Part shown: one piece after another, positions 48,244 through 58,843 of the stretch | Layout: each line of letters begins with the position of its first letter | How positions within the stretch are numbered: the stretch's first letter is position 1 | Position numbers and translations under genes: made by a program | Notes under the pieces: model-generated | Told to the model about the DNA's origin: nothing | Databases searched by the model: none | What the model saw: the letters and a program-made list of their open reading frames with translations, nothing else | Source of the DNA: an uncultured Candidatus Saccharibacteria bacterium | Lineage (GTDB): Bacteria > Patescibacteriota > Minisyncoccia > Phycocordibacterales > UBA918 | NCBI GenBank assembly: GCA_964643955.1 | Contig: CAZXUO010000001.1 | Location: forward strand, 14,314-78,313 | Direction of reading: 5' to 3' | Length of the DNA stretch: 64,000 nucleotides

Positions 48244-49341
48244 TTAGATGCGGAACTCAATGACATCGCCGTCTTTGACGATGTATTCTTTGCCTTCTGT
48301 GCGGAGCTTGCCGGTCTCGCGTGCGGCAGCTTCAGAGCCTGCGTTGACGAGGTCTTCAAAGCTCATGACGCTTGCGCGAATGAATTTGGTTTTAAAATCA
48401 GTGTGGATCGCCGTACCTGCTTCTGGCGCAGTCCATCCTTCTTTGATTGTCCATGCGCGGGTCTCCTTTTCTCCGGTGGTGAAATACGAAATGAGTCCGA
48501 GGAGTCGATAGCAGGCACGGATGAGGCTTGCGATACCTGAGTCTTGCGTACCGTACTCACGACGAAACTCCTGCTTCTCATCTTCTGCAAGATCTTTGAG
48601 TTCGTGCTCAATACCTGCGTCTACCATGACGTACTCTGATTTCGTCTCCTCGATAAACGCCATGAGTTCTTTCCAGCGGTCGTCGTTTTGTTCGTCAAAA
48701 TTATATGCGCCGACTTTCTTATTGAAGACGTAGAGAACCGGCTTTGCCGTGAGGAGATGCATTGATTGGAGAAGAGGCGCTTCCTCTGCGGTGAGCTCCA
48801 CGGTATTTGCGAGCTTCCCACCTTCGAGCGCTTGGCGCACCTTCTCGAGCACCGCTTGCTCTTTTGCAGCGTCCTTGTTTCCACTGCGTACATCGCGTAC
48901 GAGATTGTCGAGGCGTTTCGTGACGGTCTGGAGGTCAGCCATCATGAGTTCGAGGTTGATGACTTCGATATCGGCCATTGGGTCGACGGCTCCGGCGACA
49001 TGGATCATATCGGGATCATCAAAAATACGGACGACCTCAGCGATCATATCGGTCTCGCGGATGTTGGTGAGAAACTTATTGCCGAGACCCTCGCCTTCGG
49101 AAGCTCCTTTTACGAGGCCGGCAATATCGACAAATTCGACAACTGCTGGGATTGTCTTTTCTGAGCCTGATATTTTTGAAAGAGTTTCAAGGCGACTATC
49201 AGGTACGGCGACGATGCCGACTGAAGGGTCGATGGTACAGAATGGATAGTTTTCTGCGGGAACGGAGTTTTTAGTGAGTGCATTAAAAAGCGTGGACTTC
49301 CCCACATTTGGCAGACCAACGATGCCGACTGATAGATTCAT
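48244..49341 (-). CDS. ychF: Ribosome-binding ATPase YchF
   Basis: GLPNVGKST, NYPFCTIDP, DIAGLV.GAS.GEGLGN, TGS domain. Confidence 0.96.
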   Translation of the reverse strand: MNLSVGIVGLPNVGKSTLFNALTKNSVPAENYPFCTIDPSVGIVAVPDSRLETLSKISGSEKTIPAVVEFVDIAGLVKGASEGEGLGNKFLTNIRETDMIAEVVRIFDDPDMIHVAGAVDPMADIEVINLELMMADLQTVTKRLDNLVRDVRSGNKDAAKEQAVLEKVRQALEGGKLANTVELTAEEAPLLQSMHLLTAKPVLYVFNKKVGAYNFDEQNDDRWKELMAFIEETKSEYVMVDAGIEHELKDLAEDEKQEFRREYGTQDSGIASLIRACYRLLGLISYFTTGEKETRAWTIKEGWTAPEAGTAIHTDFKTKFIRASVMSFEDLVNAGSEAAARETGKLRTEGKEYIVKDGDVIEFRI

Positions 49342-49514
49342 ATACGCCGCATACTAAAGAAAAGAGCGGTACAAGTAAAGGAAAAACCATTTTACACACT
49401 GGATGTCGCTCTGCCCGCTCATGTATTTTTCGTACGCTCCGACGTATGTTATTGAAGACTGGCACTTAGTCCCCGAGGACACTCAAAATACACGAGCGAA
49501 CGTTCGCTTCTGTT

Positions 49515-50093
49515 CTAGACCCCTGTCTTTCCAAGTGATGCCACTTTCTTCATCCACTTTGCGCGCACCTGATCTGAGACACGGTCAGCAGGGCCAAATG
49601 TCGAGGCAGTCGCCTTGATACCGGCAAAACCAAGTATGCCGTGTACGATCTCGTTGGTGTAGTCTCCAAATTTGAGCCATGTCATGAAAGGGCTATGCGT
49701 ACCCGCGATGACGATGACGCGGCTGGTCTTGCCTTTGAGGCGCTGAATGAGTCTTTTTGTCTGTTTATCAAAATTGAAAGCGAAGCCTGGAAGATACATG
49801 CGATCAAACATACCTTTGAGGATTGCAGGCATGGTACACCACCAGTTTGGGTAGATGATGACGATGTGATCTGCCCAGCGCCACTTATCTTGCATGGCGA
49901 GTAGGTCAGGTTCGAGCTGCTGGATTTCCTTGTAACCTTTGTGGAGGATCGGATCAAACTGCATGTCCGAGATATTTACACGCATTACTTCGTGACCAGC
50001 TTCGCGTGCTGCATTTTCGTATGCCGTTGCGATCTCTCCTGAAAAACTCGTCGTCTCTGGATTACCTAAAAGGACCAAGATCTTTTTTGCCAT
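49515..50093 (-). CDS. NAD(P)H-dependent oxidoreductase, flavodoxin-like fold
   Basis: G.P...SF, FDP.L, WADH..YP.WW..PA.LKG.FDR. Confidence 0.9.
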   Translation of the reverse strand: MAKKILVLLGNPETTSFSGEIATAYENAAREAGHEVMRVNISDMQFDPILHKGYKEIQQLEPDLLAMQDKWRWADHIVIIYPNWWCTMPAILKGMFDRMYLPGFAFNFDKQTKRLIQRLKGKTSRVIVIAGTHSPFMTWLKFGDYTNEIVHGILGFAGIKATASTFGPADRVSDQVRAKWMKKVASLGKTGV

Positions 50094-50143
50094 AATTCGC
50101 TTCATTATACGAGAGTGGATGACTTTCGGTGGTCGCTGATGTT

Positions 50144-50178
50144 AATAAAGCCCGCGGCCGTAGGCCGCGGGCTTTATT
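50144..50178. terminator. GC-rich hairpin/terminator (repeat copy 2)
   Basis: AATAAAGCCCGCGGCC-GTA-GGCCGCGGGCTTTATT. Confidence 0.75.
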
Positions 50179-50195
50179 TCACCCCCTCTTCACTC

Positions 50196-50486
50196 CTATC
50201 GTCGTATCGTACCGTTTGGATTAAACCCCGGTCGTCCACCTTGTGGTGCCTGACCACCCATAAGTGCTTGCATTTGTGCTTGGTACTTTGGCATCACTTT
50301 CATTGCTGCCTGCATCTGACTTGATCCATTCTTCATTTCAGCTTGAATCTCTTTTGCAATGTTTTCAAACAGCTTTGGATCTTTCTCAAACATGGTCATG
50401 ATGAGCTCCTGCTGCTCCTTGGGAACACTTGCAAGCTGCTTCTCGAGCAATTTTCTGGTCGCAAAACTCTTTAATTTTCCAAACAT
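50196..50486 (-). CDS. Small Met/Gln-rich helical hypothetical protein
   Basis: 96-aa ORF with extended -10 box 8 nt upstream; P..QQE....M..K.P.LF..IA.EI. Confidence 0.7.
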   Translation of the reverse strand: MFGKLKSFATRKLLEKQLASVPKEQQELIMTMFEKDPKLFENIAKEIQAEMKNGSSQMQAAMKVMPKYQAQMQALMGGQAPQGGRPGFNPNGTIRR

Positions 50487-50556
50487 AGGCTTTTATTCTA
50501 CCAGATACCCTCAGAATACGAGAAAGTTGACGACTGGAGAAAGAAATGGCGGTATA

Positions 50557-50585
50557 TTGACCAAAGGCAATAAGTATGTTATTAT
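50557..50585 (+). promoter_or_regulatory. Sigma70 promoter of RND operon
   Basis: TTGACC-17 bp-TATTAT with TG extension. Confidence 0.6.
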
Positions 50586-50616
50586 ATGGTATTAGCACAA
50601 TTTAGCTTGAATTCGT

Positions 50617-52143
50617 ATGTTAAACCGTCTCTATGGCTGGTATGGGAAGCGTGTTGTCCAAGGGGTGATTGCCGCTATTATTCTCCTCGTTCTCGTGGGA
50701 GGCTTTTTGCATTTCTTCGGTGGTGATGATGTTGTCGAAGATACAGGAGCGCAGACTGCGACAGTTAGCGTGCAGTCGGTCCGCGACTTAGGTAGCGCAA
50801 GCCTCTTCTCTACTATCGGCACCGTTGAGGCAGTCTCAGAGGCGAAGCTTCAGACAGAAAAAGGTGGCCGCGTCACTGCGGTCCGCGTAGAGATCGGTGA
50901 TCGTGTTGCTGCGGGAACTATCCTTGCATCTATAGAGAATGCAAGTGAACAGGCTGCACTCTTGCAGGCTGAAGGTTCATACGACGCTGCGGTCGCAAGT
51001 GCACGCCAGAGCGAGATCAGCGAAGGCGCAAGCGCAGAGGATGTTACCGATGCACATGTTGCGGGATGGAATACTTACCGTGATGCATTTATCGATGCAG
51101 ACGATGTGATTCGAAATACACTCGATGCACTTTTTAACGATGCAAATCGTCAGCGGTTGCTTCTCGATGAATTTACCGACGAGCGACGCGCTATTCGTTA
51201 CGAATTTGAAGATTGGGGCAAAAATACACTTACGAGTCGCCCCCAAAACGTAACGACTCCACTTACGAATGCTGAGGCAGACATCGCCCGCCTCGCACTC
51301 TTTGTCGATACACTCTATGCACACATTACGCGCATGGAGCGTTCAAATGATGACGCAACCACCTCTGCGGTCATTGCGACATACAAAGCTGACCTTAGTG
51401 CTGCACGCACGACGTTGAATGGCGCAAAGCAGTCGCTCGCGTCTGCGAAGGCGTCTATTTCAAGTACCGAAGCAGCCTATGAGCGTGCGCAGCTTTCAAG
51501 TACTGGTGGCGAGGTTTCTCTCGCTGACGCAAGCGTAAAACAAGCGCTCGGCTCACTCCGTGCTGCACAGGCAAACTACGAGAAGACGCTCGTGCGCTCG
51601 CCCATTTCAGGTCTTGTAAATGCACTCTACCTCAAGGCCGGAGATTATGTTTCTCCGTCACAGCCTGCTGCGATTGTTGCAAACAACGACGCGCTCGAAA
51701 TCCGTACTTCAGTAAGTGAGGAGGATAGTGTGCTTCTTTCGGTTGGTGACCCAGTCTCAATCGAAAACACTGCAACGGGTACCATCACAGCGATTGCCCC
51801 AGCTGTTGATCCTTCTACTGGAAAAATTGCGGTGAAGATTTCAATTGAAAAGACTGACACGATTGAGAATGGCCGCACGGTCGCTATTACCTTTGGCTCA
51901 ACTGAATCTCAGAAAGAATCGACCGAGATGCTTGTGCCGCTTGCAGCCCTCAAGATTACTCCACAAGGACCACGCGCATTCTCTGTCTCACCAGAAGGTG
52001 TATTGACGGCGCACCCCGTGACGCTCGGAGCTATCCGTGGCGAGATGGTTGTGATTGAAGAAGGTCTGACGCTCGACACAGTCATCGTGACTGATGCACG
52101 CGGCCTCAAGGAAGGACAAGAGGTAACGGTCGTAACTGAATAA
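50617..52143 (+). CDS. RND efflux membrane-fusion (adaptor) subunit with long alpha-hairpin
   Basis: N-terminal TM, lipoyl halves (GRV..V.V..GD.V..G; RSPISG.V), beta-barrel and MP domain. Confidence 0.9.
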   Translation: MLNRLYGWYGKRVVQGVIAAIILLVLVGGFLHFFGGDDVVEDTGAQTATVSVQSVRDLGSASLFSTIGTVEAVSEAKLQTEKGGRVTAVRVEIGDRVAAGTILASIENASEQAALLQAEGSYDAAVASARQSEISEGASAEDVTDAHVAGWNTYRDAFIDADDVIRNTLDALFNDANRQRLLLDEFTDERRAIRYEFEDWGKNTLTSRPQNVTTPLTNAEADIARLALFVDTLYAHITRMERSNDDATTSAVIATYKADLSAARTTLNGAKQSLASAKASISSTEAAYERAQLSSTGGEVSLADASVKQALGSLRAAQANYEKTLVRSPISGLVNALYLKAGDYVSPSQPAAIVANNDALEIRTSVSEEDSVLLSVGDPVSIENTATGTITAIAPAVDPSTGKIAVKISIEKTDTIENGRTVAITFGSTESQKESTEMLVPLAALKITPQGPRAFSVSPEGVLTAHPVTLGAIRGEMVVIEEGLTLDTVIVTDARGLKEGQEVTVVTE

Positions 52144-52148
52144 ATCAT

Positions 52149-55100
52149 ATGCATTCACTCTGGTTTTTCTTCCTGAACAAGCGCCAGTTCAGCTGGCTTC
52201 TCATCGCAGTACTCGTGGCTGCGGGCGTGTACGCAGTATTTGCAATTCCAAAGGAATCATCGCCTGAGGTTATTGTGCCGATCGGTATCGTCTCAACGAC
52301 GTACCCGGGTGCTTCTGCGCTCGACATGGAGGAGCTCGTCACCAATAAGCTCGAAGATTCGATTGCAAACATCGACAATCTCGATAATCTCACCTCAACC
52401 TCGCGCGATGGTGTATCGATCATTACGGCAGAATTTGATGCAAGTGCTGACATTGATAAATCAATCCAGGATCTCAAGGACGCGGTCGATGCTGCTAAAG
52501 GTGAACTTCCCCGCGATGCGAACGACCCTTTTGTCTCAGAAGTAAACTTCGCTGATCAGCCGATTCTCGTACTCTCGATCTCATCTGATCTTCACCCCGT
52601 AGCATTTACTGAGCTCGGTGAAGAACTTGCTGATGAATTTAAAAATGTATACGGCGTCTCTGACGTTGTTATCGACGGTACACGACCGCGCGAAATACAA
52701 GTCGTCGTGCGCGAACCTGCACTCTCTGCATACGGACTCACGCTTAGTGATGTCACTGCGGCGCTCGCAAGCGCCAACCTCAACGTGCCAGTCGGTACGG
52801 TCATTACTGATGGTGTTGAATACGCCATTCGTTTTGAAGGAAAGATTGCTGACGCTGCAGAGATTGAAAATATTCCGATGAATGCAGGCGGTCGCATCGT
52901 CTATCTTCGTGATGTTGCGACAATCGCAAATAGCGTCACGAAGGAATCAACCATCTCGCGCGTTTCAGTCGGCGGTGAACTCGCTGAATCAGCGATGACC
53001 CTCTCTATCTACAAGCGCGCGGGTGTCGACGTTACCGCAATGGCGGCAGGTGTCCATGAGAAACTCGACCTCATGCAGGCAGAAGGCGGCATACTTGCAA
53101 ACTCACAGGTTCTCATTGTGTTTGATCAGGGTGAGCAGGTGCGCAAGGATCTCACTGAGCTTATCGAAGTAGGTATTGAGACGGTGATTCTCGTGATCCT
53201 CTGTCTCCTCCTCACGATCGGTTGGCGTGAGTCACTCGTTGCTGCGCTTTCGATCCCGCTCTCCTTCGTGATTGCCTTCATTGGTCTCTACTTCTCAGGA
53301 AATACCATCAACTTCATTTCCCTTTTCGCGCTCATTCTTGCGGTCGGCATTCTCGTTGACTCAGGTATCGTGGTGACCGAAGCGATTCATACGCGCATGC
53401 GTAAGTTTGCTGATGGTGATCGCGCAGCACGCGAGGCTATTCGCGAGTACGCATGGCCATTGATCGGCGGTACCTTAACGACCGTTGCAGTATTTGCGCC
53501 ACTCTTCTTCCTCTCAGGTATTGTCGGAGAATTCATCTCGTCAATTCCATTCACTATTATCTTCGTGCTCCTTGCATCGATCGTGGTAGCGCTCGGTATG
53601 GTGCCCCTCATTGCGGTCATGCTTACGAAGCAAGGTAAAGGAAATCGCTTTGAAGAAATTCAAGAAGAATACACGCATAAGGCGCAGGAATGGTATCGTG
53701 TTCGACTCATTCGATTTATCGAAAATCGCCGCGCGCAGCGTATCTTCCTCTGGGGCCTCGGTCTCGGTCTTATTGTCGCTTTCATTCTCCCCATCTCAGG
53801 ATTGCTCAAAGTGATCTTCTTCCCTCCTGAAGACGTGGACTATGTCTATGTCGAGATTGAGATGAAGCAAGGTACACCGGTCGGTAATACTGATCTCGTC
53901 GTGCGTGCGGTAGAAGAAATCCTCTATGAAAAGGAGTATGTTACTTCGTTTACTTCTACAACAGGTAGTGGATCGTCGTTTACCGGCAGCGGCAACTCAG
54001 GTGGAAAGTTTGGTAACGTAACCTTGAAGCTCGAAGAAGAGCGTGCACTTACGAGCGCCGAGATCTCAGCAGACCTCCGTGATTCATTTAAAGATATTCA
54101 GAATGCTGATATCAAGATCAGCGAGCAGGTAAACGGTCCTCCGACTGGTGCGCCCGTCTTTATTAAGTTCCGTGGCGACAATCTCGATGACCTCGCACTC
54201 TCAGTCGACAATGCAGAACGTGTGCTCGCGTCGATTTCTGGTGTACGCGATATCACCCCAAGTACAAAAAATAACGCGACGGAGCTCGTGCTTGAAGTTG
54301 ATCAAGACAAGGCAAGCGCTGCGGGTATCTCTCCAATGGCAATCGGAGAAGTGTTGCGCGCTGCGGTCTTCGGCTCGACAGCGACAACCATTACGCGTAA
54401 TGGTGAAGATGTCGACATTGTCGTGAAGCTTGAAGTTGATCCAAATGCAACCGATTATGCTGCGACGCCTGAAATTACGCTCAACACGATCCGCAATCTC
54501 ACCGTGCGCACCCTCGATGGCCGCAGTGTACTGCTCGGCTCAGTCGTCACTGAGCGACTTGCTGCAGCAAATTCAGCAATTGCGCATGAAGACAAGGAGC
54601 GCGTTGAGAGTATCTCAGCATATGTAGATCCGGGTACGACTGCCGCAGAAGTCGTAGCAGCGTTCCAGGCTCGTGAAGTTGAACTCGCACTCCCTGACGG
54701 CGTCACCATTCTCTATGGTGGAGAGACCGAAGACATCAACCAGTCATTTACTGAAATGGGTCTCGCTTTCGTCGCTGGTCTCGTCTTGATGCTTGCGATT
54801 CTCGTACTCTCGTTCAACTCGATCAGATACGCACTCTATCTCTTGCTTGCAGTACCACTTTCACTCATCGGTGTATTTAGTGGTCTTGCACTTACAGGCC
54901 AGGCGCTCTCATTTACCTCGCTCCTCGGTGTGATTGCGCTTTCAGGTGTGATCATCAACCACGCGATCATTCTTATGGACTCAATGCTTCATCAGCGTGC
55001 GCTCCGCAAGGACGAGCCACTCATTGAGGTGGTTGCCGATGCTTCAGTATCGCGACTTCGTCCGATCTTCCTTACGACCGTCACAACCGTCATTGGTATG

Positions 55101-55253
55101 ATTCCACTCTCAACCATTTCAGATTTCTGGAGTCCACTTGCCTACGCGATTATGTTTGGCCTCACATTTGCGATGGTGCTTACACTCATATTCATTCCGA
55201 TCCTCTTCTACCGCGCTGAAAAGCGTAAAGACGAAAAAGCCGCGCGCGGATAG
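52149..55253 (+). CDS. RND efflux transporter permease (AcrB/SwrC-like)
   Basis: 1034 aa; YPGAS, GILVDSGIVV.E, RLRPIFLTT. Confidence 0.95.
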   Translation: MHSLWFFFLNKRQFSWLLIAVLVAAGVYAVFAIPKESSPEVIVPIGIVSTTYPGASALDMEELVTNKLEDSIANIDNLDNLTSTSRDGVSIITAEFDASADIDKSIQDLKDAVDAAKGELPRDANDPFVSEVNFADQPILVLSISSDLHPVAFTELGEELADEFKNVYGVSDVVIDGTRPREIQVVVREPALSAYGLTLSDVTAALASANLNVPVGTVITDGVEYAIRFEGKIADAAEIENIPMNAGGRIVYLRDVATIANSVTKESTISRVSVGGELAESAMTLSIYKRAGVDVTAMAAGVHEKLDLMQAEGGILANSQVLIVFDQGEQVRKDLTELIEVGIETVILVILCLLLTIGWRESLVAALSIPLSFVIAFIGLYFSGNTINFISLFALILAVGILVDSGIVVTEAIHTRMRKFADGDRAAREAIREYAWPLIGGTLTTVAVFAPLFFLSGIVGEFISSIPFTIIFVLLASIVVALGMVPLIAVMLTKQGKGNRFEEIQEEYTHKAQEWYRVRLIRFIENRRAQRIFLWGLGLGLIVAFILPISGLLKVIFFPPEDVDYVYVEIEMKQGTPVGNTDLVVRAVEEILYEKEYVTSFTSTTGSGSSFTGSGNSGGKFGNVTLKLEEERALTSAEISADLRDSFKDIQNADIKISEQVNGPPTGAPVFIKFRGDNLDDLALSVDNAERVLASISGVRDITPSTKNNATELVLEVDQDKASAAGISPMAIGEVLRAAVFGSTATTITRNGEDVDIVVKLEVDPNATDYAATPEITLNTIRNLTVRTLDGRSVLLGSVVTERLAAANSAIAHEDKERVESISAYVDPGTTAAEVVAAFQAREVELALPDGVTILYGGETEDINQSFTEMGLAFVAGLVLMLAILVLSFNSIRYALYLLLAVPLSLIGVFSGLALTGQALSFTSLLGVIALSGVIINHAIILMDSMLHQRALRKDEPLIEVVADASVSRLRPIFLTTVTTVIGMIPLSTISDFWSPLAYAIMFGLTFAMVLTLIFIPILFYRAEKRKDEKAARG

Positions 55254-55260
55254 GCCGAGG

Positions 55261-55288
55261 TTGCGATTTCTCGCATCTCCCCTATAAT
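55261..55288 (+). promoter_or_regulatory. Putative promoter of orphan ORF
   Basis: TTGCGA-16 bp-TATAAT; GGAGG upstream of ATG 55307. Confidence 0.5.
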
Positions 55289-55306
55289 CTCCCGCGGAGG
55301 TGTGAA

Positions 55307-55630
55307 ATGAAAAATACCAGTCGGGGTGCTTCTCGCGGCAGACGAGTTCGACTACTGAAGGTCACTGCACGTGTAGTCGGTTTTCTCAGTAACTTTGCTG
55401 AGGTCACCGGCCATGCACCAGAGCCACCTGAATTTACGAGTGGTACATCGCCGGGAACCAAGCGTCTGAGTCTGCGCCGTATCAATGGGCAGGTGCTCGC
55501 ATGCACCATCCTCGACGGCGAACACCGTCAGCGCATTCGGATCAATACGCAAAACCAGCGACTAACCGAGGAGACCCTCTCGCGCATGTGCCGCCGGAGG
55601 AAGATCACGGTGGTACTTCACCCCACCTGA
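55307..55630 (+). CDS. Basic hypothetical protein (orphan)
   Basis: Arg-rich ORF with promoter, GGAGG and terminator. Confidence 0.5.
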   Translation: MKNTSRGASRGRRVRLLKVTARVVGFLSNFAEVTGHAPEPPEFTSGTSPGTKRLSLRRINGQVLACTILDGEHRQRIRINTQNQRLTEETLSRMCRRRKITVVLHPT

Positions 55631-55648
55631 TCTTCAGGACAAAAGAAA

Positions 55649-55683
55649 ACAGCCGCCAGGCAACTGGCGGCTGTATCTTTTTA
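55649..55683. terminator. Bidirectional terminator
   Basis: ACAGCCGCCAG-GCAA-CTGGCGGCTGT with A/T-rich flanks between convergent genes. Confidence 0.8.
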
Positions 55684-55694
55684 TACTGACAATA

Positions 55695-56237
55695 CTATTT
55701 TTGAACTGAAGGAGTTACCACCGCTTCAACCGCAGGTGCGGAAAGTTTCTGTCCAATCATGCGAATCGCAACAGCGACGAGCAAGATTGCTGCGACATAC
55801 ACAAGCATGAGTGAGACATATGAAAAGGTCACCACTGGAAGTGCGGTCACGATACCGAGGGTATACCAGCTCGTTGCTTGTATTGCCGGACCAAACATCA
55901 TTGGCATCTTGTGGAGCGTCATGAGGATAGCGTTTACAAAGAGAACCGCTACGATCGTCCATACGAGCACGAGTGCGCCGGACGCGAGAAGGTCTGCAAA
56001 ACCTGCACCGAGATACATGTAGAAACCGATCTTCGCAAGCTCAGTGAGCAAGATGAGTACCATCGCTACACGGAGTACGATGTACACGATTTTTTGATAC
56101 GGCTTTCCACTATCGCGCAATGCAGGATTACGCATCGCCATGAAATAAAAGAGAATCGCATAGGTCGATGAACCGACGCCGAGTGCGATTGAAATACCAC
56201 TAAGTGCCTCCACTACGCTGTATATTGTAAGCATCAT
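55695..56237 (-). CDS. Membrane hypothetical protein
   Basis: About five TMs; ALGVGSST, LRVAM, NA.LMT, GPAIQA.SWY. Confidence 0.7.
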   Translation of the reverse strand: MMLTIYSVVEALSGISIALGVGSSTYAILFYFMAMRNPALRDSGKPYQKIVYIVLRVAMVLILLTELAKIGFYMYLGAGFADLLASGALVLVWTIVAVLFVNAILMTLHKMPMMFGPAIQATSWYTLGIVTALPVVTFSYVSLMLVYVAAILLVAVAIRMIGQKLSAPAVEAVVTPSVQK

Positions 56238-56283
56238 ACACAAGAGAATACCACAGAGAAATCTCGGCGTCAGGCCAAGCTGT

Positions 56284-56526
56284 TTAGAGTAATACGGTCA
56301 CTTGATTGCTACTGATTTCACAGATCCCCTTTTCGATTTCAAAAGTCTGAGCGTCACCCTCGGTGCGTACGGTTACGCGGCCAGCTTTGAGCGGCGTGAT
56401 GAGTGCTTCGTGATCAGCGAGGATCGTCATTTCTCCGAGTGCACCGGGCACCGTCACAGAAACCGCATCGCCATCAAAGAGCGCTTCATTTACTTTTGAT
56501 ACGGTCACGCGTGTGTACTTTGCCAT
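56284..56526 (-). CDS. atpC: ATP synthase epsilon subunit (N-terminal domain only)
   Basis: VTVPG..GEM.IL..H..LIT.L..G; 80 aa; follows atpD. Confidence 0.9.
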   Translation of the reverse strand: MAKYTRVTVSKVNEALFDGDAVSVTVPGALGEMTILADHEALITPLKAGRVTVRTEGDAQTFEIEKGICEISSNQVTVLL

Positions 56527-56528
56527 AG

Positions 56529-57920
<1,392 letters not shown>

Positions 57921-58835
57921 TTATTTTTGCGCCATCGCTTCGATACCTCCCGTAATCTCCGACACTTCTCGCGTAATCACTGCCTGTCGTTCTTTGTTAA
58001 ATTTGATGGTCAGTGATTTCGTCATCTCCTTCGCCTTCTCAGTCGCATTCTTCATCGCGACCATGCGCGCTGAGTGCTCGCTCGCCTTTGACTCAAGGAG
58101 CGCATGGTACACCATGATCTCCAAGAGTTGCGGCACGAGAAGCGCAATAATTTCTTCCGGATCAGGCTCGACTGTGTAATTGAGGACTGCTTTCCCCTCT
58201 TCACCTTCGTCTGCAAACTTTCCGCGCGCTGGTCGAATACCTTTCACAATCGTGCGCAATGTCTCCTCGCGCAGCGGCAAAAGCTCATGAACTGATGGCT
58301 TCTGCTCAAATGTCGAAAGGAAATTTTGATAAATGATCGATACCTTGTCGCACTCATGAGCAGTAAATGCGCCTGCAGCGAGTGCGACCACTTCTTGCAT
58401 ATCCGCAAGAGACACCTCGTCACTCACGTTGAGGTAGCTTTTGATCACTGTGTATCCACGATTGGTGAGGTAGTCGGTCGCTTTACGGCCAAAGGTGATG
58501 AACGATACTTTTCCTTTATCTACACCGCGCACTTCTGCTTCGAGCATTTTCAAGACCGCACTGTTTACGTTGCCAGCAAGCCCTTTGTCGCTTGTGATGA
58601 CGATGTAAAGTGCACGATCGCCACTTTGTACTTTCGCAAATGGATGCTCTTTTCCTGCGCCCGTTGCCGAGAGGCGTGCAAGTATGCGGAGTGCTGCACG
58701 CGCATACGCACGACCTGAGAGCGCACGCTCCTGACTCTTGCGCATCTTTACGGCCGATACTGCCTCCATCGCCTTGGTCACTTTGCCAGTGCGCTGCGTG
58801 GCTCGTATTTTGTTTTTAATAAGCTTCAGTGCCAT
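57921..58835 (-). CDS. atpG: ATP synthase gamma subunit
   Basis: TKAMEAVS, TSDKGL.G, SEHSARMVAM..AT, RQA.IT.E. Confidence 0.96.
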   Translation of the reverse strand: MALKLIKNKIRATQRTGKVTKAMEAVSAVKMRKSQERALSGRAYARAALRILARLSATGAGKEHPFAKVQSGDRALYIVITSDKGLAGNVNSAVLKMLEAEVRGVDKGKVSFITFGRKATDYLTNRGYTVIKSYLNVSDEVSLADMQEVVALAAGAFTAHECDKVSIIYQNFLSTFEQKPSVHELLPLREETLRTIVKGIRPARGKFADEGEEGKAVLNYTVEPDPEEIIALLVPQLLEIMVYHALLESKASEHSARMVAMKNATEKAKEMTKSLTIKFNKERQAVITREVSEITGGIEAMAQK

Positions 58836-58843
58836 AGAGAGTG

